From positions 357,873-377,872 of the forward strand of contig JBNGIO010006303.1 of NCBI GenBank assembly GCA_049999805.1: a stretch of 20,000 nt of DNA. Reading direction: 5' to 3'. This document shows, in pieces, positions 1 through 10,299 of this stretch. Position 1 is the first letter of the stretch, and the number at the start of each line of letters is the position of its first letter. The translations under genes were made by a program, and so were the position numbers. The notes beneath the pieces were generated by a model that saw only the letters and a program-made list of their open reading frames with translations, did not search any database and was not told where the DNA came from. Source of the stretch: Folioceros fuciformis. Its lineage: Eukaryota.

Positions 1-3000
1 CCAGTGGTTCTCCGAACAGGTCCATCTGGATGATATAACAACATCTGATGGAACTCTGCGCCAGATTGCACAATTTTCACATTGTGCCCATTGATCCTCC
101 GCCCTAGATAACAAGCACTCGCATCGAGTTAGAAAGGCTTAGAAAGCATTATTAGGTCTTGCAAATACTGGAGTCCAAATTCTTACATGTGAGGAAATTC
201 ACAGTCATTGCACTGCACTGCTTCCTCTCCTGCCCTGGAGAAAAAAGAATTGATCAACATGCGTCAAAATTCGACAGGTAAGAATTGGAAAGGCATAAAG
301 CCGTCAATACATAGGGTCACTCGAATCAGGAGGTGGAATGAACACCATTTTGAATGCTGTAGTGTGAAGACTGTTTTCTTTGCCAAAACAGGAGGCTCCT
401 GCAGGAGTTGTCGCAAGGGCACATAAAAGTCACATCAGCTTTATGTTGTAACGAAAATCCAGAGTGACGGGAACTCCCTCATGCACAGCATTCACCTCAT
501 ACTCTTCAAAGTCATGGCCTTCAATAGATACAATGTTTGGGGCACAAGAGGGAGGTGGCCTGAACAAATCTTGGACTTCTTCCCAGCTACTCTTCAACTG
601 CACGGAGTCTTCAGTCTCTATGCGAAGCCTCTTAGTCTTTGAGCCCAGAGGTCTGGCACGTTTCCAATCAACCATGAGCAACTGCTGGAACATTGTTGAT
701 TCTGAAGATCTTTCCTGGCTCCTCACAACTTTTGGTGGCTTATAAACAGCCTCAGGAGCTTTTGCATTTGCATTTGCATTTGCATTTGCATTTGCATGGG
801 CTCCAGGAGGACCTTCTGAAAGATTCTGAGGAAAAGCAGCTGCTGCATCTCCACCAGCATATCCCAGATTTATGTGATCCTGCAAAAATGAACAGCGTAT
901 AAGGCTTGCAAGTCAGTCAATAACCCTGAAATGAGATAAGTGAAGACAATTCTATGTCAGGCCACACTTCAACGCCAAGGACTCGACAGTTCCTAAGCTC
1001 TGCCAAACCAAACTCTCCCAGCACCCTCTCAGACAATTCCAGTTCAGAACTAACCTGCAGGAATGCTGCAGAGGTTGGAGATCTTCGATATCCCATAACT
1101 AGCCTCCCACCAGGTTCCATTCTGCTGAAAGTCACTGAATCATAGGCCCCGTGTCAGTTTCGGATACCACAATCCATGCTAATTTTACATATGCTGTTGT
1201 GCAGTCCAGCCACTCCTCCAAAAGTTCATCCTATCTCGCTGTCTTTATTAAGGACTAAGAGGGATTTGCAGATCTCGAGGAGACCTGATAAGGTGTTTGA
1301 TGAACTTTGTCTCTGGTACTCTCACAATTCAACCAACTCTAAGCTATCAGACGACCATCTAATAACAATCCTACCTGTATCACCGGCTTGCAACTGCAAC
1401 TTCTGGATGCAGGGTGTAACGCCTTCCAGAACATACATACGGCTATTATTATTAGGCCAAAACCGGAACTGGAAGCTCCAAGCCTTGCCACTGACATCAT
1501 GAATCGTCATCGGAACCCCCTCTGGCTGGGAGATTTGTGGGAAATAGGCCTGCATTTCAAACGAACAGACGTATGAAGCAACTCATAAGAGTTTCAGAAA
1601 AGTCTCATCAGGCGGACTGTTATGCCAACTTGCCTCAGCACACGCCTTCGGAAGGACTAGCCTTCCAATGCGGCCCGCATCACTTGCACTTAGTACCTTC
1701 TCAAATAGCGGAGTAATTGTTTTTGTGTTGCTACAATCATTAAAGACATTCAACGCCCCACTATATGACAAACACGAAAGCACCCAAGACATAGCAAACA
1801 ACTAGCAGACACAGGCATGGAAGATGATACAACAAAATGGCTAACAAGTCCATGACCGTGTAAGTGAAGTAACTTAAAACAGAGACATAGGAAGGATACT
1901 CTCCAGCACCAGAAATTTGCTGAAGCTCCTTATCAGTAATGCGCGGCCAGTAGCGGGGAAGGAGTTGGGCACGTCCCCTTCCTTCAGCAGGCAGACGTGC
2001 TGCTCTGACTTGCCCATCGCCAGGACTCGTTTCAAAACGTGGACCTGCTGGACGAGGAGCTATTTGACGGGGCCTCGATCGGAAGACCCCTGGAAATCGC
2101 AAGTCATCTTGTGCCTCACCATTAGATTGGCCTAGGCTCCCCGAACTCAAGAGATCAAAAGAACCTGTTTGCTGAGCGGCTTCACGGGCAGCATCCCTTC
2201 CGTGCACATCAACAGCCAATAGTGAGGACTCGGTTATGCCTGCTCCAGGCATGTCATTTACTAGGTTCAGGCTCCTACCAATTGTAATCCCATCAAACTC
2301 CTTAGACGATCGATTCCTCTCAAATGAGTCACTATGCCTTGAACAGTCTGATGCACCATACCTCAGGTCTTCATGTAGTGACAAATCTGAGGCCACGGCA
2401 ACCAGGGCATCTTCTGCATCCACACCTAAATCCGCTCGGAGGACATCTCGTGAGGCACCCCCGACCCGCAGCCCTAGGTTTCTTCTAGACAGATTAATTC
2501 CAGTACCCGCAGATTCTACCAGATCTCCTTCGCCTGTAAGGTCAATATCATTCTCATTGATCCGTAAATCTCTGCGCATGCTTCCCAAAAATGCAGCTGT
2601 GTGGCTAGAAGGCCACATAGGACCTTTTTCATGATCACCTTCATCCGCCGGAGTCTGCCCATGCGCATACGTGCTCTGCTCTGATACTTGAAACGGGCCA
2701 AGAAGTTTTAGGTTGTGAAGGGACTGCTGCAGCTTCAAGACAAAACAAGCCTCTGTCAGCAAGTGTCGATCCACAGGGCCTACTCAGCAAAATAACTTCA
2801 CACTAGCAACAAGTTGCAAGAGGCCGTCAGGAACCAGTACCAATGAAGGATTAACGCCTTTACTTTCAATACAGCCCTTGCACTCCACGCCTCCAGCATC
2901 TAGGAACGCATACAACTTGAGAGATGCAACACACCCACAGTGTATTCTCTGAAACCACAATACAAGCAGTCAGACACGACTGCGTATGTCAAGAAAATAA

Positions 3001-3368
3001 TCTAGTACCCCAACACCACTTCCTCCTCCAACAACTGACAAAACATACACGCACCTTGTCACAAGCGTTGCAAGTACGCCAACCAGCATCGTCAGAGTGA
3101 AACGCTTCACAGAATCTGGATTGCTCATAGGCCAACCTGAGACCAACACAAAAACACACACACACACACACACACGGCATATTTTACTCGACGTGCACAG
3201 CCAGCGTTGAGCTGCAGCAGAGTAGGATACTTACCCGCAGGCACTACAAAGGTCTGCAACCTGCCCGGTGGACAGCGTCCATCCGGGCCTCCATCGATTG
3301 GAATTGGACGTGCTGCTGCTGCACCTGCGATTCATGCAAACTCGTTCCTTGCCAACTGAAGACTCCAT
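1..3368 (-). CDS. VAL: VAL/HSI2-family B3-domain transcriptional repressor (PHD-like Zn finger + B3 + zf-CW), 3' end outside the window. Exons: 3368-3235, 3136-3055, 2948-2841, 2726-1900, 1730-1634, 1549-1375, 1134-1055, 879-496, 398-346, (234-187), 103-<1
   Basis: Spliced translation gives CMNRRC...[33 protein letters not shown]...[16 protein letters not shown] (PHD-like), [49 protein letters not shown]...[38 protein letters not shown] (LAV-type B3), KRLRI...EYEEPPV, and [15 protein letters not shown]...WTCSENHW (CW). All intron phases are consistent. Confidence 0.95.
761..797. repeat. (TTTGCA)6 hexanucleotide repeat within a VAL exon, encoding an (Ala-Asn)n tract
   Basis: Six perfect TTTGCA units. 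The minus strand reads [13 protein letters not shown]. Confidence 0.95.
1550..1633 (-). other. GC-AG intron inside the VAL B3 domain
   Basis: Donor GAG|GCAAGT and acceptor ATGCAG|GCC. Removal gives the conserved KACAE|AYFP. Confidence 0.9.
1731..1899 (-). other. U12-type (minor spliceosome) GT-AG intron in VAL
   Basis: Donor GA|GTATCCTTCC matches the U12 consensus RTATCCTT. A branch-like TCTTTAAT lies ~10 nt before the TGTAG acceptor, with no pyrimidine tract between them. Splicing restores ...[17 protein letters not shown]. Confidence 0.85.
3153..3175. repeat. (CA)n microsatellite in VAL intron 1
   Basis: Run of ~11 AC units read directly from the sequence. Confidence 0.95.
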
Positions 3369-3671
3369 ATCGATCCCTTGCCACGCGCTAAGGATAAATA
3401 GATGGTCAACGCAGCTTGCTCCGCCCAGGCTTCGAAATAACTTAAACTTTGGCCCCTGCCGCGAAAAATAGTACAACTCTCCGAACGCAACGCAGGTACA
3501 CACGCTCCTGGCGTCCCGCAGAGCGATAACAGAGCCACCACTAAAACGCCAATCGTCTCCGCTGCTCAGATTCTCGATTTCATCACAGAAGACCTAATCC
3601 CCGACGCACGCAACTGAGAATCAGCGAAGCCAAAACCACACGACAGCGCAAAAGCACGAGAGCCAGCTTAC

Positions 3672-4170
3672 CTTCACGTCGTCCCTAAACCCTCTCCTTC
3701 CACCAGGCCGGAATCCCGGTCCCTCCTCCCGCACCCGCAAATCGGAAGGCCGGTCCGCAGCAATCAGAGCAATTCCAACCTCTGGGCGATGCAGCCCGGG
3801 AGCGGCGAGCCGTTTCCGTCAGCGACGAAGGAAAATGGCGACGATCTAGCGCAGCTCCGGGGACACAGGCTGGATCTTCCACACGTCGAAGACGACAATG
3901 CCGCGAGACCGGAAATAAATGACTCCCCCGGCTCATCCGCTCCCGGACTCGCACCCTCCGCGATTGAAGCCACGAGGAAGCCGAGATCCCAGCAGAACCG
4001 CAGCTCGAAGGACGCGCTCGAGTCTGCTGCTGCGGGGAGCTGTGATCCTGGAGGCCGGCCTGGCTGGTGTCGTGGGAGCCTGACGGGAGGTGTGCCCAGG
4101 TCGGACCCCTCCTAGAAGAGGGCAATCAACGCGTGAGACGCTCCCCCGGACGCCCGCGCCCCGCAATTGG
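3672..4170 (-). promoter_or_regulatory. GC/CpG-rich probable 5' UTR exon / proximal promoter of VAL
   Basis: CpG-rich stretch ending in a strong minus-strand donor GAAG|GTAAGC at 3671, upstream of the VAL ATG. The ORFs here show no recognisable protein motif. Confidence 0.5.
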
Positions 4171-4705
4171 AGCCTCCCAGCGTGATGCAGACAGCTTCAG
4201 CATTGCACGAAATGGACGTTGCACTCGGCAGCTCGCAATACCAATGTGCACGGGGCGACATTGGTCCGTGCAGGCCTTTCGCTTCTTTCTCACCTTTTCC
4301 ACTTTTCCTCCTTTTTTTTAATCTCAGCAAATATTGCTCATATATCATGTGCAGAGAGCGGACATGCCTCGTGCGCCAAAAGGGGCAGATAATTGAAGTC
4401 AGCTCTGGCCGCCTCTTGTCCAAGTAATTTCTTAAAACAGGAAAAAAAAGTACATCGGCATATACACTTCATCGTAACTTCCAGCCCCCGCTTGCGTGGA
4501 CGCCAGTGTGTGTATGAATGTCGGATAGATACATAAGTTGTTTATAATAAAAGAACTTGAGTAGTTATTTATTTTTATATACCTTGAATAAAGGTCAAGT
4601 TTTTTTTTCACTAGTCTTACACATGCGGTACATGTAAGCCTCCTAGATACCTCATTTCCTTCCCCAAAAGGTTTAGATCATGTGTGTTGAAACTGGGTTA
4701 GTGTC

Positions 4706-5114
4706 ATGGGTTTTGTAATGTCCTCACTTGCATTCTTTGTGATTGGATTTGTAAGTTCACTAAGTGTGAAGTTATGTTGTGATAGAGGACATGCAAAAAA
4801 CATGTAAGTCTTAACATGTGAGTGTGGGTTCTTTTGAATGATGTACTTCAGCAATCTATTTGATAATGTGTGCTAACAGTGTTTTGCTTACCTGTTCTTA
4901 GGCTTCATCGAACCCTCATCTACCTAGCTTGCTTTTGGCTTTGGTTTATGTGAGTACCAACCAAAGGCTTGAACTCATTGGGATGTTGTGTTGTTTCATG
5001 CCGTAATCATACTACTTAATTCATTCATTTAACATTTGCAGGTGGGCTATTGTGTACATTGCTCAATTGAATCCTCTTGTAGTTCCTCTACCGAAGGATG
5101 TTAGAGATGGATAG
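4706..5114 (+). CDS. VHA-e: V-type H+-ATPase subunit e (V0), 72 aa; join(4706..4803,4902..4949,5042..5114)
   Basis: MGFVMSSLAFFVIGFVSSLSVKLCCDRGHAKNMLHRTLIYLACFWLWFMWAIVYIAQLNPLVVPLPKDVRDG*. It has two hydrophobic helices and the family motif MWAIVYIAQxNPLxVP. Both GT-AG introns are phase 2. Not present in the ORF track. Confidence 0.92.
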
Positions 5115-5240
5115 GTGTTTAAGTTTCCCAAACTTTGAATCCATACATTAAGCCCAAAAGGGTGTGGTTCAAGTATTGTGAGCTCAAAAGTGTGATAAAG
5201 CAATGTTGGATTGAGGATGGAATGTTGACGTTTTCCTACC

Positions 5241-6579
5241 ATGAATATTTCAATACTATCTCCTGCCTTTTCCATAGTTTCTTTGGAAAGTAACGTTACA
5301 ACCAAGGACTCCAAAACTCCAGCATATGCTACAGTTGTTGATGACTTGTGGAAGAGCAATTCATTAGATACTACCAATGACAAGAAGATAACGCCTAGAA
5401 GGAGGAGGGCATCAAGCCCTGAAAAGAGGCAACATGTTGAGAAAGGGAACACACTGTTCTCAACTCAAGCAAATCGAAGACGTCGACGATCTAGTAATGG
5501 AACAATGCTTGAAGAGCAAGCTAGGAAAGGAGCAACTACCACAAGACCTGATCATTCTCATGATGTGGCAAATTTAGAATACAAGGAAGAGAAGTTATCA
5601 CCAACTAGTAAACTTGAGCTCCAAACTTGTACCAAGAAACGAGCTTCCATCTCAAGTCCCAACAGCCCAACACAAAGTTCAAATCCAACAACACCCAAAA
5701 AGAGAGCTTCCTATGTTGAGATTCCATTAAATAGAGTACGACAAGAGTGTTCTCGAACATTAGGGTTGGCAATAGAGGATCTAGAGTTGTACACATTAAA
5801 AATGATTCCCATATCGGCAGAAAAGACCATGATGCAAAAGGATACCTCTTTGAATGACAACTTGCATCTAGGCATTAGTGTTAAAGGTTCATGTAAGAGT
5901 TTTTGCTTCTTCTTCTTTTTTTAATAATTCCTAACTTATACTTCAACATCTTATCTTGGCTGGTTTTTTCATATTCACTAACTATGCATAGATTTCATAA
6001 AAATTTTGTATGTTCTTCATTAGCTATGAGCTTAAGTACCATTGAAGACCTAGTTTTGGGCAAAGACATTGCCGAACATCAGCTCCAAATTTGTAAGCAC
6101 TAATTAATTATGAATCGTTCTATTTTAAGTAGTGTTACTTAAAATATTTCTATCCACCATTTCAGATCAAAAGCAAATAAACAATCAGTCTAGAGAGTTG
6201 GAAATGCTGAAAAACAAATTTCAAACTTTGATTGGAGAAGTCACCTCATTAAGGTTAGGGCTACATCATTAGCTTGTGAAGCAAATAGGGTTAGAGCAAA
6301 CCTGTTCCACATGATGTCTACAATAAAAAGAAGTTTAAATATATTCAAAACTTGTTTACTAATGTTTCAGGACAAGATTAGAACACTCAAACTTTCTTCG
6401 ACAACAAAGTGAGAAATCAACTCGAAATTTGCAAGAGAGTTTCGAACATTTGATTCAGGTTACTACCTCGTTGTAAAAACCCTTCTTTTCATATGCTCTG
6501 CCTCTGCATTGGAAACTAAACATAACTATGCTTAACTTAGGAAATCTTTTCTAAGACTGGACAAGAGAAGAGTTCTTGA
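5241..6579 (+). CDS. Uncharacterised protein (~286 aa): basic S/T/P-rich disordered N-terminus plus C-terminal coiled coil; join(5241..5886 or 5892,6166..6253,6371..6458,6541..6579)
   Basis: A 215-codon open frame is followed by three exons with canonical AG/GT sites whose phases (1,2,0) chain into one frame: xQKQINNQSRELEMLKNKFQTLIGEVTSLRTRLEHSNFLRQQSEKSTRNLQESFEHLIQEIFSKTGQEKSS*. No family recognised; the start codon is uncertain. Confidence 0.65.
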
Positions 6580-7235
6580 CAAGTTTTGCGTAAATCAACA
6601 AGTTTTTCTTTTGCATCAAGTTAATTAACTTTGCACAAAATCATCCTCCTTGTACTATAATTGAAGTTTAGCTTCAACACATACCCTCAAATTTGAATCT
6701 ATAGCCTACATGTAGTATGATGCTAGGTGACTAGTTCAATCCCATAGTACATCACAAAAGTACCCATCAAAATTACTAATAATGTGATAAATTATTATTA
6801 TTTGGATGATTTGCAACCTGTCCTTTATGTATACCTATCACACTTATAATGTTGAAAGCTTGCTCCATTAACACAAAATAAAATTCGCTCATGGCTAGCT
6901 TGCAATGACACAAATTTCATGTCTTTGAGAAGATTTGGTTCAAGAACTTCCAATGTACTACTATGGTGTGTGATTTGAAATTTTAAGTGTTACACATACC
7001 TACAAAGCCTTCTAGTGATTCCAGAAGATTATCACTCTTCCTTTGAATAATGGGTACTCAACTCATTGTTCTAGTGATAATAAAAGTGTTAAATTTTTCA
7101 TCTCCATAATAAGAAATTTAGGCTATTCATTGCTCTATATTATCAGAACAATGATTTTGTAGTAAAGTTCTGTTATCACACATGCAATAACAGAAATTAT
7201 GTCAAAAATTATAACTCATTAAAGTCTTTGTACAC

Positions 7236-7252
7236 AAACCCTAAACCCTAAA
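7236..7252. repeat. Short interstitial plant telomere motif (AAACCCT)x2.4 / telo-box
   Basis: aaaccctaaaccctaaa. Confidence 0.7.
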
Positions 7253-7320
7253 CACAAAGAAACCACATGTTTGTTGTTTGCGGACTTATACAAGATTCTA
7301 AAAACCTAGTTTAAATTATT

Positions 7321-8025
7321 TTAAGTATTATAATTTTTTTTTAAAAGAACTAATTGCTTAATAGAATTGACACACTTGATAGTAGCTGCTAGATTTGGAA
7401 TGCTTTTCATATGCTCTCGAGCACACCCTTCCATACATCTATCTACCTCACTTTTCTTCCCTTCATCTAAAGTCATAAAAGTTTTGGCTTCTACTTGCTC
7501 TTTACAAGCCATTAGCCCATGTTGTAAATGTTCCTGCACAACTATAGCTCAAGTTTAAATTTGGAGATTAAATTACATCCTTAATCTACAAATTGGTTGT
7601 CTATATTTCGTAGTTGTTTATCGTACAACACGTTTATTATTATTTTGCCTGGAATTGTGATAATTCACGATCAATAATAATGTTGGCATTTTGAAGAGGT
7701 GTGCTACAATCATCTAGACATCTTTGTAGTTGTTGTTGAGTAGACATGTCATTGCAACAACAATTGTACCCACATTTGTAATATGATTTCTGTCACATTT
7801 TATTTAACTTTAAATATAGTGAATNNNNNNNNNNNNNNNNNNNNNNNNNNNNNNNNNNNNNNNNNNNNNNNNNNNNNNNNNNNNNNNNNNNNNNNNNNNN
7901 NNNNNNNNNNNNNNNNNNNNNNNNGGCACCTGAATTGTAAAACTAATATAGTCTTGTACGCCAACCATTGCCTCATTGATATTACTATTAATAGAATTCA
8001 AAATATTGAGTAATGTCTCCGACAT
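7321..8025 (-). CDS. FAM136A/DUF842-family protein, 149 aa; exons 8025-7930, 7789-7649, 7533-7321
   Basis: MSETLLN...VQDYISFTIQ|KSYYKCGYNCCCNDMSTQQQLQRCLDDCSTPLQNANIIIDRELSQFQ|EHLQHGLMACKEQVEAK...CMEGCAREHMKSIPNLAATIK. The CX3C spacing and the QDxxxFTxQ / ExxxFQ motifs match plant DUF842. Intron 1 contains the N gap; intron 2 needs a GC donor. Confidence 0.85.
7825..7924. other. Assembly gap (100 N)
   Basis: Run of N inside intron 1 of the DUF842 gene. Confidence 1.
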
Positions 8026-8704
8026 CCTCTTAGGGTTAGAAGTATGAAGATGTCTTTGATGGTGTTACATATATGAAGTAAAAAAATAAAATAAATAAAT
8101 TTTATAAATATTTCCTAAATTGAAGGAGCCTACCCAAACATTGTAGATGTTGTGTTGTGAGAATTAAAAAAAATTTGAGTATAAATTTAAGTCCTAAATA
8201 CATGGGACCAATCCGAATTGCACTAAATTGTTATGACTAGAAAAATCCTCTTTAATGTAGATCAATCTATTTTCTTTTTTGTCTATGTACATCAACTACT
8301 TATATAACCAAACCAAAAAAGCTCATACAAAAAATCATGAACTTTTTTTTACATAAACATTAACCTATATAGTTGTGAGTACAAAAAGAATCACACAAGT
8401 AGTTTTGGAGACTTGAAAATTTTTGGGTAATCTTGATATCTTAATGATGAAGTAAAAAAATTGTATGAACTTAATGATCATAAGATGCTTACCAATGGAT
8501 CTCAAGTGTCAATAAACTTCATTCATTTGGACATTTATTAAGGTTGTGTTTATTATTGGTAACTTATTTTTTTATTTAATGTAGAATAGTGATTCTTTCA
8601 CATGCAATGTGCGAAACAAATCTTTGTAATTTGGATAGACCCAAGGCACAATGGGTAATTTTTCCTATTTGGTTTAGACTAAAAATTTGAACAAAGTGAA
8701 CAAG

Positions 8705-9529
8705 ATGTCGAATTCTTATTTCAACCACAAGCATGGCTTTAGCATTAACAATGGATTGCTCAGTGAAAGAGCTTTGCGAGATGTTTTCGAGATCGCAAGC
8801 TATATTGATGTTGGAACAGAAGATGACCCTCTACCTTACCCAGTTAAACCCACGAAACCATCACAACTTATTGGAAAGCAATTTATGACCACACCTGCTA
8901 AATGGGGGTCAGGAACATGTCGATCCGACACTATCATATTTCAAACTAATGACACAGTTTTTGAAAACGCTCATCCCTGGATTGCCGATGGAGATCCTTA
9001 CTTTTCGTCTAGCCGGTATGTTGATTCAGGCCAAGAGAAGAAGCTTGGCTTTTGGACCAGTGATTTCTCTAAACGAGATGAATTCAGCAACACACTCAGG
9101 ACGGACCAGTACCGGGAACAATTACTACTCGAGGAGAAACATGCTAAGAAAACCATTGAAATGGATGCTAAGCGTCTTAAGGACCAAGGGATTAGCTTCG
9201 ATATGCACAGAGTGCCAACACGATTTGATGGGCCTAAATATTTATATGACATAGGTCGAGCTGGTTTGGCAACCACAGAGCATTGTTACAGATGTCATAA
9301 ACAAACGTATTACTGCCCTCATCGTCGAGCTTACTGTAACAACAACGTCCATCTTAAGAAGGAAAGTGGCTGGGGCTATAAAACGGCATATGAGGAATAT
9401 GGTAGAGGGGTAGAGACTTATAACTATGCTAAGCCAGAACATGCTAGAAAGCCCATTGTTAAGGATACGTTTTACAGAAGAGGAAATGCTTTCTTTGCAA
9501 AGAAGACACCCTCTGGGTTTTTAGCATAG
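8705..9529 (+). CDS. Intronless 274-aa protein, putative cilia/flagella-associated (N-terminal half resembles CFAP96/C4orf47, UPF0602)
   Basis: Long clean ORF in AT-rich DNA. Motifs GLLSE...SYIDVG...GKQFMTTPAK...FE...DGDPY recall CFAP96-type proteins. Also KKLGFWTSDFSKRDEFSNTLRTDQYRE and a CxxCH...CPH cluster. The ORF is well supported; the function is from memory only. Confidence 0.6.
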   Translation: MSNSYFNHKHGFSINNGLLSERALRDVFEIASYIDVGTEDDPLPYPVKPTKPSQLIGKQFMTTPAKWGSGTCRSDTIIFQTNDTVFENAHPWIADGDPYFSSSRYVDSGQEKKLGFWTSDFSKRDEFSNTLRTDQYREQLLLEEKHAKKTIEMDAKRLKDQGISFDMHRVPTRFDGPKYLYDIGRAGLATTEHCYRCHKQTYYCPHRRAYCNNNVHLKKESGWGYKTAYEEYGRGVETYNYAKPEHARKPIVKDTFYRRGNAFFAKKTPSGFLA

Positions 9530-9937
9530 AGATAGGGATGTCCATGGTTTAGGTTGCATTGTGGTGATTAGTAGTAGGTATGGATAAGAGAGTGAGTTAA
9601 GGTTTAGTAATGATAAGTAGCTTTAAGGTTGTTATTTTTTCTTGAAAGGTTTCAAGGTTGTATTTTAGCTTTTATTGGTACCATATTAGTGAGTTAAAGT
9701 TGGATGTATCACCCGGTAGAAGAGAGATACTAGTGTCCCTATGAAGGGAGATATGTGATATAATAATATTAACTTGAATCTATCTCTCTAGGATTCCATC
9801 TAGAAAGTGCATACATATGTACATCATCAAATCTTCATGTAAAGAAGAGTATGCATTTATAAACACATTCTTCTGGACTCATATGCCTTGGACTATCATG
9901 CTCCACAACATTCCATAGCCGTACATCCTTCTATCTT

Positions 9938-10260
9938 TGTGGCAGTCTATAACTTTTACCCTTTTTACCTTTGTGGCAGTCCACAACTTTTGTAGCCTTC
10001 CCTGCCCTANNNNNNNNNNGTGGCAGTCCACAACTTTTGTAGCCTTCCCTGCCCTAAACTTTGGACAATCAGAATTGCAGGAATTGCAGATGCATGCACT
10101 AGGCACGGAAAGTATCTCAACATTATGCAGTCATTACTGCCTCTTGCACTAGGCACAAAAAAGTATCTCAACATCATATGGCCATTACTGCCTATTGCAT
10201 AAGAGCGGAGAGATGCAGAGGTTGCTAGTGCTGGACAGATGCAAAGGTTGCTAGTCCTGG
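9938..10260. repeat. Cluster of short direct repeats around a 10-N gap
   Basis: TGTGGCAGTC(C/T)A(C/T)AACTTTT-type unit x3, with a ~37-nt exact duplicate either side of the gap. A ~51-nt unit GCACTAGGCAC...AAGTATCTCAACAT...CATTACTGCCT occurs twice (10096-10197), and AGATGCARAGGTTGCTAGT twice. Confidence 0.8.
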
Positions 10261-10299
10261 AAACACGCTGCTATTATTGACATCCAAGATCACCACATG

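Noticed and set aside
2724-2729. NAGNAG (CAGCAG) acceptor in VAL
   Set aside because: Common feature; it would change one Gln in a non-conserved linker.
3685-4427. Several overlapping 69-146 aa ORFs on both strands
   Set aside because: No recognisable motifs and mostly non-ATG starts; expected by chance in GC-rich leader/promoter DNA.
5100-5291. Spliced or read-through fusion of VHA-e to the downstream orphan ORF
   Set aside because: Same frame, but several stops intervene, and the good acceptor at 5277 is phase 1 with no matching phase-1 donor in VHA-e.
7236-7252. Telomere repeat as evidence of a chromosome end or fusion
   Set aside because: Only ~2.4 units; such telo-boxes are common in plant intergenic DNA.
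9972-10057. Repeat-spacer pattern suggestive of a CRISPR-like array
   Set aside because: Eukaryotic context, no unique spacers, and the exact duplicate flanks a 10-N gap, so it is probably a contig-overlap artefact.
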